Shown one piece after another: positions 13,492 to 28,992 of a stretch of 64,000 bases of DNA. The stretch is from Paraspadella gotoi. Lineage: Eukaryota; Animalia; Chaetognatha. The DNA is taken from assembly GCA_051294375.1 (NCBI GenBank), contig CM119263.1, positions 26,907,247 through 26,971,246 on the forward strand, in the 5' to 3' direction. The notes beneath the pieces were generated by a model. It was not told the origin of the DNA and ran no database searches. It saw nothing but the letters and a program-made list of their open reading frames with translations. Every line of letters starts with the position of its first letter. Position 1 is the stretch's first letter. A program made the position numbers and the translations under genes.

Positions 13492-16400
13492 CTACTCTCC
13501 AGCAAATTTTAGCTCAAATATATAATCTTGAAACGGGGTCTGCAAAATTTTTGTCCTCAAACCAATTCGTTTGCCATTGAGCAAAACTTCGGCGTCTTTC
13601 AACTTCTTTCTTGCCTTCCCAACCAAAGGCCCAACCAAAGCCTGAACGTTGTAAGTTTCCTTGAAAGGGATGACCTCGACGGAGCCATGGTCACCGACTC
13701 TAATGCGGGCTTCCGACAAAGTCATCGTCAATTTCGATTCATCAATGGTCGGCGGAAAGTTTTTCATGTCTTCGTCCAAAGATGGAAAGACAATTCCGGT
13801 TTCGTCGTCCTTGACAACCACCCTCGCCAAGTCGATGCCGGAAAAATTCTCCCGCGCGATTTCGATAAGACGCGTCTTTAGAATGGGGACGGGAATCACC
13901 GTTCGATCGTCGGGAAATTCGAGTCGTATCGTCCTCGCAGTGTGAACACCAGACGGCCTTAAGAAGCTGAGACGAAGCTCAATGGCCGAACTGCTTTGTG
14001 CCGGTTCCAAGCACGCTTCTACGAAAGCTTCCTTCTCATAGGCATCGTAGGTCGCCACGAAATCTTCGTTGGTCGACTCTACTCGGCCCATCTGCTTGAG
14101 CACGGAGAGACAGTGGCAGTAAAAGAAAGGAAAGGGGACGAGGAGGCAGTAGAAAATCTCCATTGGCAACGGATCCTTTTCTACGCTTCCGCATAATCGA
14201 CGGAAAACATCGCCGTTTCTACTTTGGTGGGCGTGATGCACCACGTTGCGCGAGAAGCGTAGCAAACCGGCGAAAGACGAGACGCGGTAGCCGCGACCGC
14301 GACTGGCGAACGTTTCCAGCAGGCGTCGGTCTATATGTTTATGCCAGGCGCCCAGTCCACCGATCACCAGTCCTGAGTTCATCTCGGCATGAACTCGTTC
14401 CCTCTCATCCGCGCCTTCAATCATCAATTCATTAAGGAGCCCAACGTCGAGGATCTTTGACGACATGCTCAAAAGCGCCGGGCAATTGAGGGCATCGCTG
14501 GCACTGAATCCTCGCTCAGTGAGGCATCTGACCAGAACTCGAATCTCAACGTTTTCAACTCGATTAGTTTCTCCGCCGGCGATGGAGATTATGACATCGC
14601 TGGAGGCAACCAAGTCAGTATTGATGTCGTCTGTTATTGGAATACTCTCGGCTGCTGAAAAATCGCATAACTTAAGCGTAAAGCTCTCACCATGAATCTG
14701 CAGGTATAAACTGTCCATGTTGACTCGATTATGGTGGATTGGAGTTTTGAGCGTATGAAGATAGTCCATGGCTAACATGAGCTGTTTGATAAGCTCAATG
14801 CGTATTGAATGTAGTTGAAGCCCATTTTTTTGAATATTGATGGACTTCACAAAATTTAGCAGACTTTGATCCGTTGCTTCAAAAAACAGATAACCGTTAT
14901 ACTCAAGAAACGGGTTCCAAGCATAAAAATACGATAACAATTTGAGAACATTCTGATGATTTAGCTCCAAATGTATTCCGAGTTCTTTCTCATATTGTCT
15001 TTTACTTGACAAGCGACGATTGAGGTCACTAGGATAGCGACGGCGTAGGTAAAGAAGATAGAAATACAAAGACAACCAAAATATTGTTATCAACACCCAG
15101 ACTGTTCCTATGGTCAATAGAATAACAGGGGACACGGTGCCTATAATCCAACATGAGTGATAAGCACTTTCAATGGAATTGTCTTTACAAGAGATTATTT
15201 GTGATCGAGACCTATGAAAGTTGTAAAGATATTCCACCAACATACAATTATCGCAGTTAAATGGATTATTGCTCAGATTCAATTTCACACCTTTTAAGTT
15301 TCGTAAGTTAATAGGAATCGTCGCTAAGTTGTTTTGATATAAGTTTAATCTTTCTAATATTTTCATTTGAGAAACGGCTTTTTCATCGATATAAGATATT
15401 TGGTTAAAGGAAACATCTAGTTGTGTAATTCGATTTAAGGAGTCCGACAATGTCAACTCGGTCAAGTTGTTGTAGGAATAACTTAGAACTGTACCAGGAA
15501 AGGGAATACANNNNNNNNNNCTACGTTTCTTCTTAAAAGCACAATTAATAAAAAGCTGTCTCTGCCATTCTTCAGCTATATGGCATTGACAACCATCTGG
15601 ACAGCAGGGCAGAATATTTTGAGTGAATAGGTAATACATGAGGTCTTTGTTTTCACAATTACATATCCATTTATTGTTATTTAATTTAATATACTGAATC
15701 ATTTTTAAAGTTTTTATATCACTTTTGGATAGCGTTTTTAAACAGTTAAACCTTAAATCAACTGATTTAGGTAATGAACCTTGGGCAAAAACAAGAAAAC
15801 CTATATTTGTTAAAAAGTTGTGTTTTAAACATAATTCATATTCACATTCTGTTTTTTCAAATTTTCCAAGGTCTGTTTCACTTATATTGTTATGGTCTAA
15901 AAAAATCCTAATGTTCGACTTAGCTTTACAATTGAAATAAACTTCACCTAAATTTTGAATTTGATTTTTACCGAGGTCGAGCCAAGTAAGCGCTAAATTT
16001 TGTTCATGAAAAGATTTCAGTCTATTTTTTCTTAAAATTAGGCTTTGTAACCATTTAGAATTAAGTGAAAAAGGAGGGATGGTTTCTATAAAATTTTTAC
16101 TTAGGTCTAACAAGTTGATATAGTTTAGATGAAGATTTAAATCAGTATAATTAGAAATGTTATTTTGACTTAAACTTAATTGGTTTAAATTTACTAATCG
16201 CACCATCCAGTTTTTAGGCATTGATGTTATTCTATTAGAATTAAGCTGGAGAATCTTCAAATTACGGGTAGTGTTGAAAACTTGTTTCGGAAGAGAAAAA
16301 AGGAAATTATTTTCTAAATTTAATATTTGCATTATATGTTGATGTTCAAATAAAGTTTCGGGAACATTTACGAGGCGATTGTGAGCCAAATTAACGTTTT

Positions 16401-17534
16401 GTAGGAATTTTAAATTGTTAAATAAAGCAGCAGATATGCTTTTTAATTGGTTATTTCGTAACAAAAGGGTTCGTAAATGGATTAACTCGACAAAAGCAAA
16501 CTTGTGGATGAAAAACAAACGATTAAAACTTAAATCCAAGTAAGTAGTGCCACCCAACCTATGAAATGTTAGGTGTTCAATTCGATTCAAATTTAAATTC
16601 TTTGTAATAATGAGTCTGAGTATAGAACGATAGGCAAAGATCCTTTCTTCAATTTTCGCCAAACAGCCTTCAATTGTAAGCGTTAACATGCGTCCAGTTT
16701 TTTTGAATGCTCCTTTGTCCAAATTCAATTGTAAACTCTTATTTTTATAAAATCGTCCGCAACCCAAGATGATTTTGAGTTCAGGTTTACGTTTACTTCG
16801 TCCTTTCATAAAGGAAAAGGCATGCTGACTTATGTTTTGAATTGGGTTACCGAGAAGCGACATAGTGTAGGTGTTTTTAAGTAGCTTGAAAGTGTTTTCA
16901 GTTATATTAGTAAGTAAATTGTTATCTGCATGTAAATTTCTCAAACTAGTTCGATTCTCAAAAGGAAATTCTAATTCTCTGATCGAATTGTTATCTAGAA
17001 TTAAATGAGGAAAATGTTTTGAAGCATTATAACGAAAAAATATTTTTGAAGTAAAATTTGTTAAATTGTTTCCGGTCAGGTCGACATAGTGTAACATAAC
17101 GTTTTTTTCAAATGCATCAATTGATATGTTTAGTTTAACATTATATAATAAAACTAGTTTTTGGAGAAACTTTAGGTTTTCGAATGTTGAAGAAGATATG
17201 TTCATCGATACATTTTCAGTAATGAAGAGATATTGTAGAGAATTAAAGTTTTTGAAAATTCCTTCATTAATTTCACTAATGTTATTATTTAATAATAAAA
17301 GACCTAAAAGATGACTTGGAGTTTTAAAAGTATTTTCTCTCACACTTGATATATTGTTATGAGCAAAAAAAATTCCCTTAAGATTTGAAAACCCTTGAGA
17401 AAAAGCGTCTTCTAGACGTTCCAGACCTAAATGTGAAAAAATCAGCGTCATCGAACTATTATGTATGTCTTTCATTTTAAATTCTTGAAGAGTAGTTGAA
17501 TCATTCATCATAGCTTGTGACAATACCGAGCAGC
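13492..17534 (-). CDS. Single-pass receptor: Toll-like LRR ectodomain + TM + degenerate kinase + KEN RNase (IRE1/RNase L-like) + possible ubiquitin-like tail; main coding exon
   Basis: 1343-aa ORF with >20 LRRs, internal Cys clusters (NNKWICNC..CPDGCQC) and juxtamembrane NPFNCDNC. TM segment WIIGTVSPVILLTIGTVWVLITIFWLSLYFYLLYL followed by RRR. Kinase remnants ELGIHLELNHQNVLKL, YLHT..IHHNR, LKLCDFS. KEN motif WHKHID...GYRVSSFAGLLRFSRNVVHH...PFP. Splice acceptor at 17535-17536; start/signal-peptide exons probably upstream (~17600-17765, uncertain). A 10-N gap lies at 15511-15520. Confidence 0.85.
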
Positions 17535-18374
17535 CTGAAAAAAAAGAAAGTGAAATCCAATATACGTATTTCGCTATTTTCTTGTGTAAATTATTGTACC
17601 TTCATTTATTAATTCAGAATGATAATGAACATATGCTTAACTGAAATAAAAATACTGAGTGGATACACGTGATAGTGAATGAATGAATGAAAGAATGAAT
17701 GAGTGAATTAATGAATTTGAAAACTTACTAAAGTGAAAAATGGTATATTTGAAAATTTTCCTCATTTTTAATTTTTTTTACTAAAATCTAATAAAATTTA
17801 TAATGGATAAAAGGTTGTCAAACATTTTAACCTGGCTTTTTTCGAAAGTTGATGTCTGGAATATTAGAGTCAGTTCTCCATCCACAGCTCCAAAGATCCA
17901 AGCTAGTGCCTTGGTCATGCAGAGGCGTATATATACAAGATATTCTACAAGAATTTTGAGCAATGTTCAAATCAGGTTCACGCATCCTAAAAATTGAAAG
18001 ATTCAAATCTAAATTGACGCTTTCTTTGTTTATCGATCTTGTTTTTAAATTACCTGATATTTTTTGAATGTAGTTTTTTCAGTGCGTCTAAGACTTCCGA
18101 AGTTTTTGAGTAAATCAAAAAGTCGAGTCCCCACGTTGTCGATAATAAAATCATTGTACCAAAAATAACGAAAAATTTTGCTGCAATTAAAGACATTTTC
18201 TCTCGTTTACAGAAGAAAGAAACAAATAGATGGAAACACTTTTTTGATCATCGCGTGATCAAGAGGCGATCTCGAAGAACGATCTCTTTCTACATTTGGG
18301 CACTCTTTTCCGAAAGCGCCTCATTTCTCTTCCTTAATCCCTGAATCGAACTTTAATTAAAGTTCGATTTTTCA

Positions 18375-18463
18375 AATTTTCTATTACAGTCTAGCCACAA
18401 TTTTCTATACATGTATTGTTTTTCATTTTTAAAATTATATAGCTGGTTGCTACGTATCAAAGA
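18375..18463 (+). repeat. 89-bp direct repeat, right copy
   Basis: Matches 13049-13137 (ggctgc versus ggttgc). Confidence 0.95.
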
Positions 18464-18518
18464 TAATTAAAATTAATAATTAAATTTAATAATTTAATAA
18501 TTAAAATTAACTCAAATA

Positions 18519-18682
18519 TTTAACCCTCAACCCATAACTCAATCATTAACTCTAATCCCTAACAATAATTTAACCCTAACTCAAAATTTAACCCCTAACC
18601 ATAAACGTTAATCATTAATCCTAATTCCTAAGCCTTGCTACTAACCTAATCCCTTATCGTAATCTCTAACCAATTAATCTTA
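18519..18682 (+). repeat. Degenerate telomere-like (CCCTAA-related) tract
   Basis: Recurrent taaccct, ccctaac, cctaat and ctctaac hexamer variants. Confidence 0.5.
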
Positions 18683-18966
18683 CTTAAAAACTAGCTTAAT
18701 TTAGAATTTTTTGTTTTATCCCTATTTCTTTGTTCCATTTTTCCGGTTTTTTCTTTTCCGTTTTAACCTTTGGACTTTACTTTCCTTCTTTTTCTTATGT
18801 AATCTATATTTTCTCTGCACGCAAAAAAAAAAAGAACATATCGCGCCATCTTTCGTGCGAAGAAGCAACGAAACTGTCGTTCTGTAAAATAAGGCATTGC
18901 GGAAATCATTTCGACAGACGGAAATATGTTGTATAGCGAATTTGAATTACAATAAAGTAACTTGCA

Positions 18967-19786
18967 ATGTCGACGTCCATTCTGCCGATAGGTTTGATCG
19001 GCCTCAGCGACATTGACGATCGCCGACCAAACTACCGACTAATGGCGGTGACGGCGCTGCTTTGCTGTTCTCCCTGCGGGTTCGTTCAATCGAAATCCAG
19101 TCCGGAAATAACGAAATCGTGACAAACATGGAGTTCTCGGTTTTAGCGAACGGAATCATAAATGTTTTGTTCGTTTGCGACCAATAGTTAAAATAGTATA
19201 TCGAGATACATACAGAAAAACACAAAAATTATAGTTATACAAATAAAAAACTATAAATAATACGTTAAAATCAAAAACCGTACAATATCTAAAATAGTAA
19301 ATATTTTTGCCTGATTTTCCACAATTTCCTGTTCAGAATCATTTCCTGCTGTTATTCCCTTATGTCTGATGCGTCGTCAGAATCAGGAAAACCAGGTGAG
19401 TCAAAAAACCTTACTCCGAAGACGCCCATTAATTGTTTCTTTACAATATTTATAGTTATTTAGTATATAAAACTGGTACAACCAATATAAAAATTATCCA
19501 TTCATTTAACTTTGGACGACAGGCTTTGGTGGTTTCAGGCCTCAATCAAAATTTACAATAATTTTACTATAAATAAAAAAATTTTTTCGATTCAAGAGGG
19601 GTGGTATTAATTATTTTAATTTTAGGAGAGGCGCGCCAACGAGGCAAGATGGCTTGCTACTGGGCAATAGCCGCTTACATCTTTACTTTCATCTTTTTAT
19701 GTGGCGCCATCTATTACGTCAAATTTCTCAAGGACGACGACGAAGAGGATGACGCAAAAGTGACGACGATGGCACCGAACGGTTGA
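18967..19786 (+). CDS. CD225/dispanin (IFITM/PRRT/SynDIG family) small membrane protein, 110 aa
   Basis: Phase-consistent exons 18967-19079, 19337-19395, 19626-19786 give ...RRPNYRLMAVTALLCCSPCGIISCCYSLMSDASSESGKPGEARQRGKMACYWAIAAYIFTFIFLCGAIYYV. This follows the CD225 pattern (NY...LLCCxPxG...YS...G...A...A + TM). Confidence 0.85.
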
Positions 19787-20106
19787 GAATCGAGCTGCTG
19801 CTTTGTATTTTTTACTGCTATATTTATGGCATTATTTTAACCAAAAATATATGAATTGCTTTCGTTTGAATATCGTGTCTGATATTTCCGGTTCGACTTT
19901 TAACACATAAAAACGTTCGTTTTTCGCTCACTAAATTTCCTTATTTGTGGTGTCTTGCGCTTTTTAACTCGTTTAATCCGTTCAATTTTTTATTAAAAAT
20001 CATTTTAAAAATGAGTTTTTTATTATATGAAATTGGTACAACTAATATAAACATTAGAAGAAGCGATACAATATTTATTCAATGAAACAGCTCAGGGTAT
20101 ATGCAA

Positions 20107-23100
20107 CTAAAGTTTAAAAAGAAGGTTAGCTGCGAGAACCAAAGCGCCATCTTCGATTTTGAGTTGATGATCTTTTATCTCGATCTTTCCGCCTTTAATG
20201 TTGGGAAGTTCAATACCCTTAGCGCCGAATCGGTTCAGAGCCGCCAACCCATATCGCTGCGCCGCCATGTTGATAAAACTGAAAGAAGGGGAAAACAAAA
20301 GGACAATATTGATTAAGCATTACGTAGATGTAAAATTTTGTAAAAACAAGATTAAGTTGGATATCTCAGAGAGAAAAAAATTGCTTAGTTATCTTTGAAT
20401 TTTAAAAATTTACTTTATTATTGTCAATTTGTAATAAAGAAAAAGAAACTAACCTTCTAATTTGTTGCTCTTTTGATTGTGAGATCGAAGGTCGAATCAG
20501 ATCAACGTTGACATTAACATTGGAGAAAGTGAAAGTGAGACGCCGCCCATCGGACGAGAGAGTCGGCATGGCGGAGATCTGGCGGGAACAAAAGGGAAAC
20601 AGGATTTAAGTAATAATCAATCATTAGTTAGAAAAATAGAACAAATAAGAGAAACTCGAGAATGATATGCCTATTGCGTACAGTAAAATCTCTCTCTTTT
20701 TATTGTCATATTTCTCATCTCAAGTTGTCCCGTTTTTGTTTTTTTTGCTCGCGGCCGTGGCCAACACGTACTATTTATTGGTCTTTGTATTTAAATTGTT
20801 TTATTTTCTTATATTTTTATGGGGATAATATTCAACAAAATCATTACGGCATTCCATTCCATGCCTTGAAAACATTGACGTTTTAATTTTTATAATAACC
20901 TTTTCTAAACACCCATGCAAAATCTTATTATCTTTATTTTTTTCAACTTTTTTAATCTCTCGCTTTTTTATCTTGTTTCATGTTTTTTGCTTCTTTCTTC
21001 CTCTCTTTCTCTCCCTTATTAACGAACCAATGTTGACCCATCCGCTCTCACCGTTGCGTTGACGACGACGCTGACCAACTCGTTCAGTCTCCCCGCGACA
21101 TCTGCGACGACTTTGACTTGAGCGCCTCTGACGTCGAGAGTGAGACCTCTGGCGGCGGAAAAGAACATCTTGGGAGCTTGGGCGACGTCGAAGTTGAAGG
21201 CGGCGGAGGCGGAGCCGCAGGAGGGGTTGCCCTGGCAGAATTGGTCTGAAGGATGGAAAGTTCGGAGGTGAAAAGGTGATTAATGGTTATTTCGTTAATT
21301 CAAGTGTTTGTTGGATTTTTTGAAATTTTTAGTCATATTTCAAAATTATATGCATGTAGCAATATCATCAGTAGTCACAGGTAACTTTTTTATTCCATCC
21401 AAAGTATGATAAAACTTTTCTTTCTTCATTAAAATAAAATCAACAAAAATAATACCAAAAAAATAAACAACCTACAAAATTAAAGAAAAACTAACATATA
21501 CCTTATAAACAAACAAAAAATAATGAATAATAACAACAAAAAACAGATGAAAACAAAAACAAACAACGAAACGACCACCAACCCCCCCCTTTTTACCGAG
21601 AAGCCTTTTGACGGACTGTTCCTTGGCGATGTCCCCCGTGGAGAAGCTCTGCCTCGCGAGGCCCTTGGAGTGCGCCGAGTAGAGGAGGGAGTTGGCAACG
21701 AAGTCGCTGATCACGAGGTAGAAGTGTTTCGACGATCCGGTGGAGGGCGTTGGGGAGACGGAGAAGGGGAAGTTGGAGACGGAGTTGGGGACGGGGTGGA
21801 CTTCGCCGCGGAACCTGGAGAAGAGAGAAAGATGGATTTGATGGATGGATAGAGAGATAGATAGGTAAATAGAGAGAGATATATATATGCACTTTATGCA
21901 GAGGGATAGAAAGGCGAGGGATAGATACTTAAATCATAGAGGGATAAATATGAAGATAGATTTATAGGTAGACAGATATATAGATTGATAAAAAGATATG
22001 CCGATAGACAGAAGGATAGATTTCTATATATAGATAGAGAGATAGACAGATTGCTATCTACATCTACAAATATGCATTTATAATCAGATAGATACGTTGA
22101 TTGATACTGGAAAATAAACAAAATTAATAATATTTAGTTGGCGTTCAATGATTGAGCCCTGATTTTCGGATCGACCCCTGACAGCCGAAAAAAAAACCTC
22201 ACCTGAGGTTGGTGAATCCGTTCCCGTACTGCGGATCGAGTAGGCCGTAGTCGGCGAGGAACTCTTGGCCTTCGATGTCGAAAGTGTCGCTCGTCTTCAT
22301 GTTGGGGAAGATGCCGGCCGACCAATCGTGGAGAGCGCGGCCGGCGGCGGAGCAGACTTGAGGCGGGATCATGGCTTCGATCTTGCCTTTGAACCGACCT
22401 GATTGGGACAAAGGATGGATCTGTTGAGATCTCTTTCAAATAATCAATAATTAGAGATATTTTTTAATGAATCATTAAGTAAATAAATAAAATAAATAGG
22501 CCAATCGATAAAACACCTTCCTATTTATGCCTGAAATAAACCGTGAAGGATTTAAATCTCCAAATCATTTATCACCTGCGATAAAGTTGTAGAGCCAAGC
22601 GAATCCCGATCCTCTAATTTTCACTTTGACGGAATCGAATTTGGCGCAATCGCTGCGCAACGCAGATGTCGGAAAAACCGCCAATTTTCCTGTAAACGAA
22701 GGCGAAATTAAATCATTTCTAAAAACAGAAATATATATACATACAATATATACAGCAGTCCCTCAGCTTAGTATCAAATTTTTACAGCGAAGCGACCCTT
22801 TTTTTTTAAATCCTGAAATGCGACTGTATACTCAAATTTTCACCCAACCCCCCGGTTCCAAACTTCCCCCCGTCCCTTACTCCCTCTCCCCCCTCAACCT
22901 TTACAACTCTCACCGTTAGTGGTCGTGGGCTTCAAGGTGGCAGCGAACCTGAGTCTTTTGGAACTCAACATCGAAATAACCGTCGTCGCTGACACGAAAC
23001 CATTTTCTTTTGTATCTGTACCACCAATCGGCGCGCATGTCCAAGTGATCGAAGCTCAGTTCCCATTGGAGACCCTGGAGACAAAGGACAAATGAAGAGT

Positions 23101-23830
23101 GAATAAGACTCAAAAAAACGTGAGATGAAAGGTTGAAAGAGACGAGAAAAAATGACGATAAATAAATAACGATAAATAACGATTAGAAAAAAAAAGTAAT
23201 AAAAATTGAACCTCGCAAATAAAATTAATTATTAACTATTAAAAGAAAATGAAAATTAAAGTTTACGAAAACAGAAACAAAATAGAAATAAACATATTCG
23301 AATAAATGTAAACAACAACATTGGTTGCTTAGTAATACCGCTGTGGTGGGAGTGATCTTCGAAGGTCCCACTACGACTCGAGTCAATCGGACGTTGGTGA
23401 CGCGATAATCCGCGTGATTTTTGTTTCCGGAAAAATTCGGGATCGACAAACTGTTTATCTGAAAATGAAACAAAAATGTTAAGTTAAAAGTGTTTTGTTT
23501 TGTTTTGTTTTTTAAATGGTAATTTTAAACAAATTTATAAATTAAGAGTGATGAACTACGAATTTTCAACCTTCTGATTAATGACGGTCTTGAGAACAGA
23601 ATTAATGTAGTTGAATCCATTCGCCGTCACTTTGGCGTGGATGGCGCCGTTGGGATTCGAACCGCTGCGCCGTGGGGAATTTTAAGTTGTTTAAATTTAA
23701 TCATATTAAAACTATTAAAACTCTTATAAGTTTTGTAGGTATTTGAGGTATTCTACCTGCAATAACCAAGCGAAAATATCACAACGATTCCAATCGCAGA
23801 GATCGCGAAAAAATGCAATTTAGTCGCCAT
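20107..23830 (-). CDS. BPI/LBP-family (TULIP) secreted lipid-binding protein, copy 1, multi-exon
   Basis: Signal peptide MATKLHFFAISAIGIVVIFSLGYC, then NPNGAIHAKVTANGFNY, LSIPNFSG, WLYNF, PPQVC, ADYGL, ISDFVANSLLYSAH, ending GIELPNI...LVLAANLLFKL*. These are typical BPI/LBP two-barrel features. Confidence 0.85.
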
Positions 23831-24250
23831 CGTGTCGAGGAGTGAATCTCTTCGAAAGTTGTGAATTCCTGTTACGTTCACGCCGATATTTAAATTCTCT
23901 ATCGAAATTTCGCGAAATCCGCGATGATTAGTTTTACATCCTCCTCCTCTTCCTCTTCCTCCTCCTCTTCCTCCTCTTTCTTTTTCTCCTTTCAGTGACG
24001 ACACTTGAGGGGGGGGGCCATAACTCGAAAACAAGGATGAACTTTGGAGCGAAAACTTTATTTAAAAAGGGTCATCAGGAACTAAAATGTTTTAAAGAAA
24101 AAAGAAAAAAAAAAACGAACCCGGATATACAAGATTGAAGGTTCAGAATGTATTTTTAGTAGCAGCAGTAAATTCAATGAAACGGCGGGAAAAACAATAT
24201 CGTGTGAATAACATTGTCGGGATGACCTGTCTATTTCCCTATCTTTACTT

Positions 24251-24318
<68 letters not shown>

Positions 24319-24335
24319 TCTCATCATCTCTCTCT

Positions 24336-27687
<3,352 letters not shown>

Positions 27688-27930
27688 TGAAATGATTTTT
27701 AGTTTAAAAGTAACAGATATTGCTCATGAAAGCTTCGGCGTGCAGTTTCAGCTACTTTTGCCCTTTTGGCTTGTTTTAAATTTTGAAAACTATTAAACAG
27801 TAATAATTTCTACAATATTGAAGGATTTAAAGATTTTTAAAAATAAATGGCATTCTTTTATAATTAAATAATTGAAGTTTTTTAATAGGAATTGTGTTAA
27901 TGAGGTTTGCGATATCTGTTAAAAACTCCA

Positions 27931-28598
27931 TCATACATGAATGAACAAGTTTTTTTTAAAGTATTGTAAGTCGTGATAATCCAGGAGAACTTTGATTTGC
28001 TGCGACGTAGCCTGTAGAAAACGAAATGAATTTTTTAAAAACAATATTCATTTATTTAAAACATCGTTCCCAAACCTGTAGGCTGAGGTAACTGTCCTCC
28101 AGATTGGCAAGTTGCGAGTTGACCAATAGACGAACTTTTTCGTTATTTCTTTTAGATTCGATGAATTGACGACCCTGAATAAGTTTCTCAATTCAATTTT
28201 CGTTTTAAAAATTGGTTGTATCTTAATATACGAATGTTATTAGAAAATACAGACTAATGATTGAGAGTCAGTTCAGTTATGCAGCAACAGTTAGTCAATC
28301 AGCCAGCCAACTCTCAAGTCTTCGATAACTTAACTCACGGTCAAACTTCTCCCGCCCTTGGACGACGCCCCGATGGAGTCCTGGAGATCCTCAATCTCTC
28401 CGTCACCGAGACGCAGGCTTCCCTTCGCGTCTCGATCGTCTGTCAACTTCGGTTCATCGTTCTCCCAACCAAGACACGGCGCTTCATAGGCGGAGTCGTA
28501 GTCGCCGAGCGAAGAAGCGTCTAGAAGGCGGGTGGATTAGGCGAAATTTAAATTCCTTTCTCTAATCTCTTCTCTCGTCTCTCTCTTCTCTCGTCTCC

Positions 28599-28646
<48 letters not shown>

Positions 28647-28992
28647 CACTTTTTCTCCTCTTTTTATCCATCTGTCACCAACAGTCCTTCTGCGACTTTA
28701 ATTAAAGATTTTTTTGTAAAAAATCCGATTAAGATTTTTCTTTACTCCATAGTATTCTAGCGATCCCCAGAATATTCTTAAATAATAAGATTGAGCAGTA
28801 CCCCGTTCCAACGTCGCTATTGCTGACTGAACGCCGGACAGCGCCGCCTGGAATCGGTTCCTCAAAGCCTCGACCGGCGTTGATTTGTCGCCGGCGCTCT
28901 CTTCCGGCGCCACGAGACGCAGACTACGCAGTCGATCGTCGACGACGTCGATCTTTTCGCGACGACGGCTCAACAACTCCGTGCGGAGGTCC
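27931..28992 (-). CDS. 3' exons of an uncharacterised helical/coiled-coil (possibly spectrin-repeat-like) protein; upstream exons lost in gaps
   Basis: Four GT-AG exons splice in frame: DLRTELLSRRREKIDVVDDRL...ALRNRFQAALSGVQSAIATLER / ...IEDLQDSIG... / GRQFIESKRNNEKVRLLVNSQLANLEDSYLSLQ / ATSQQIKVLLDY...HV*. Confidence 0.6.

Noticed and set aside
13492-17534. Canonical TLR or canonical IRE1/RNase L ortholog
   Set aside because: No TIR motifs after the TM; the sensor is an LRR array, not an IRE1 luminal domain or ankyrin repeats.
13049-18463. LTR retrotransposon
   Set aside because: Repeats are only 89 bp, lack TG..CA termini, and no gag/pol, PBS or PPT is evident.
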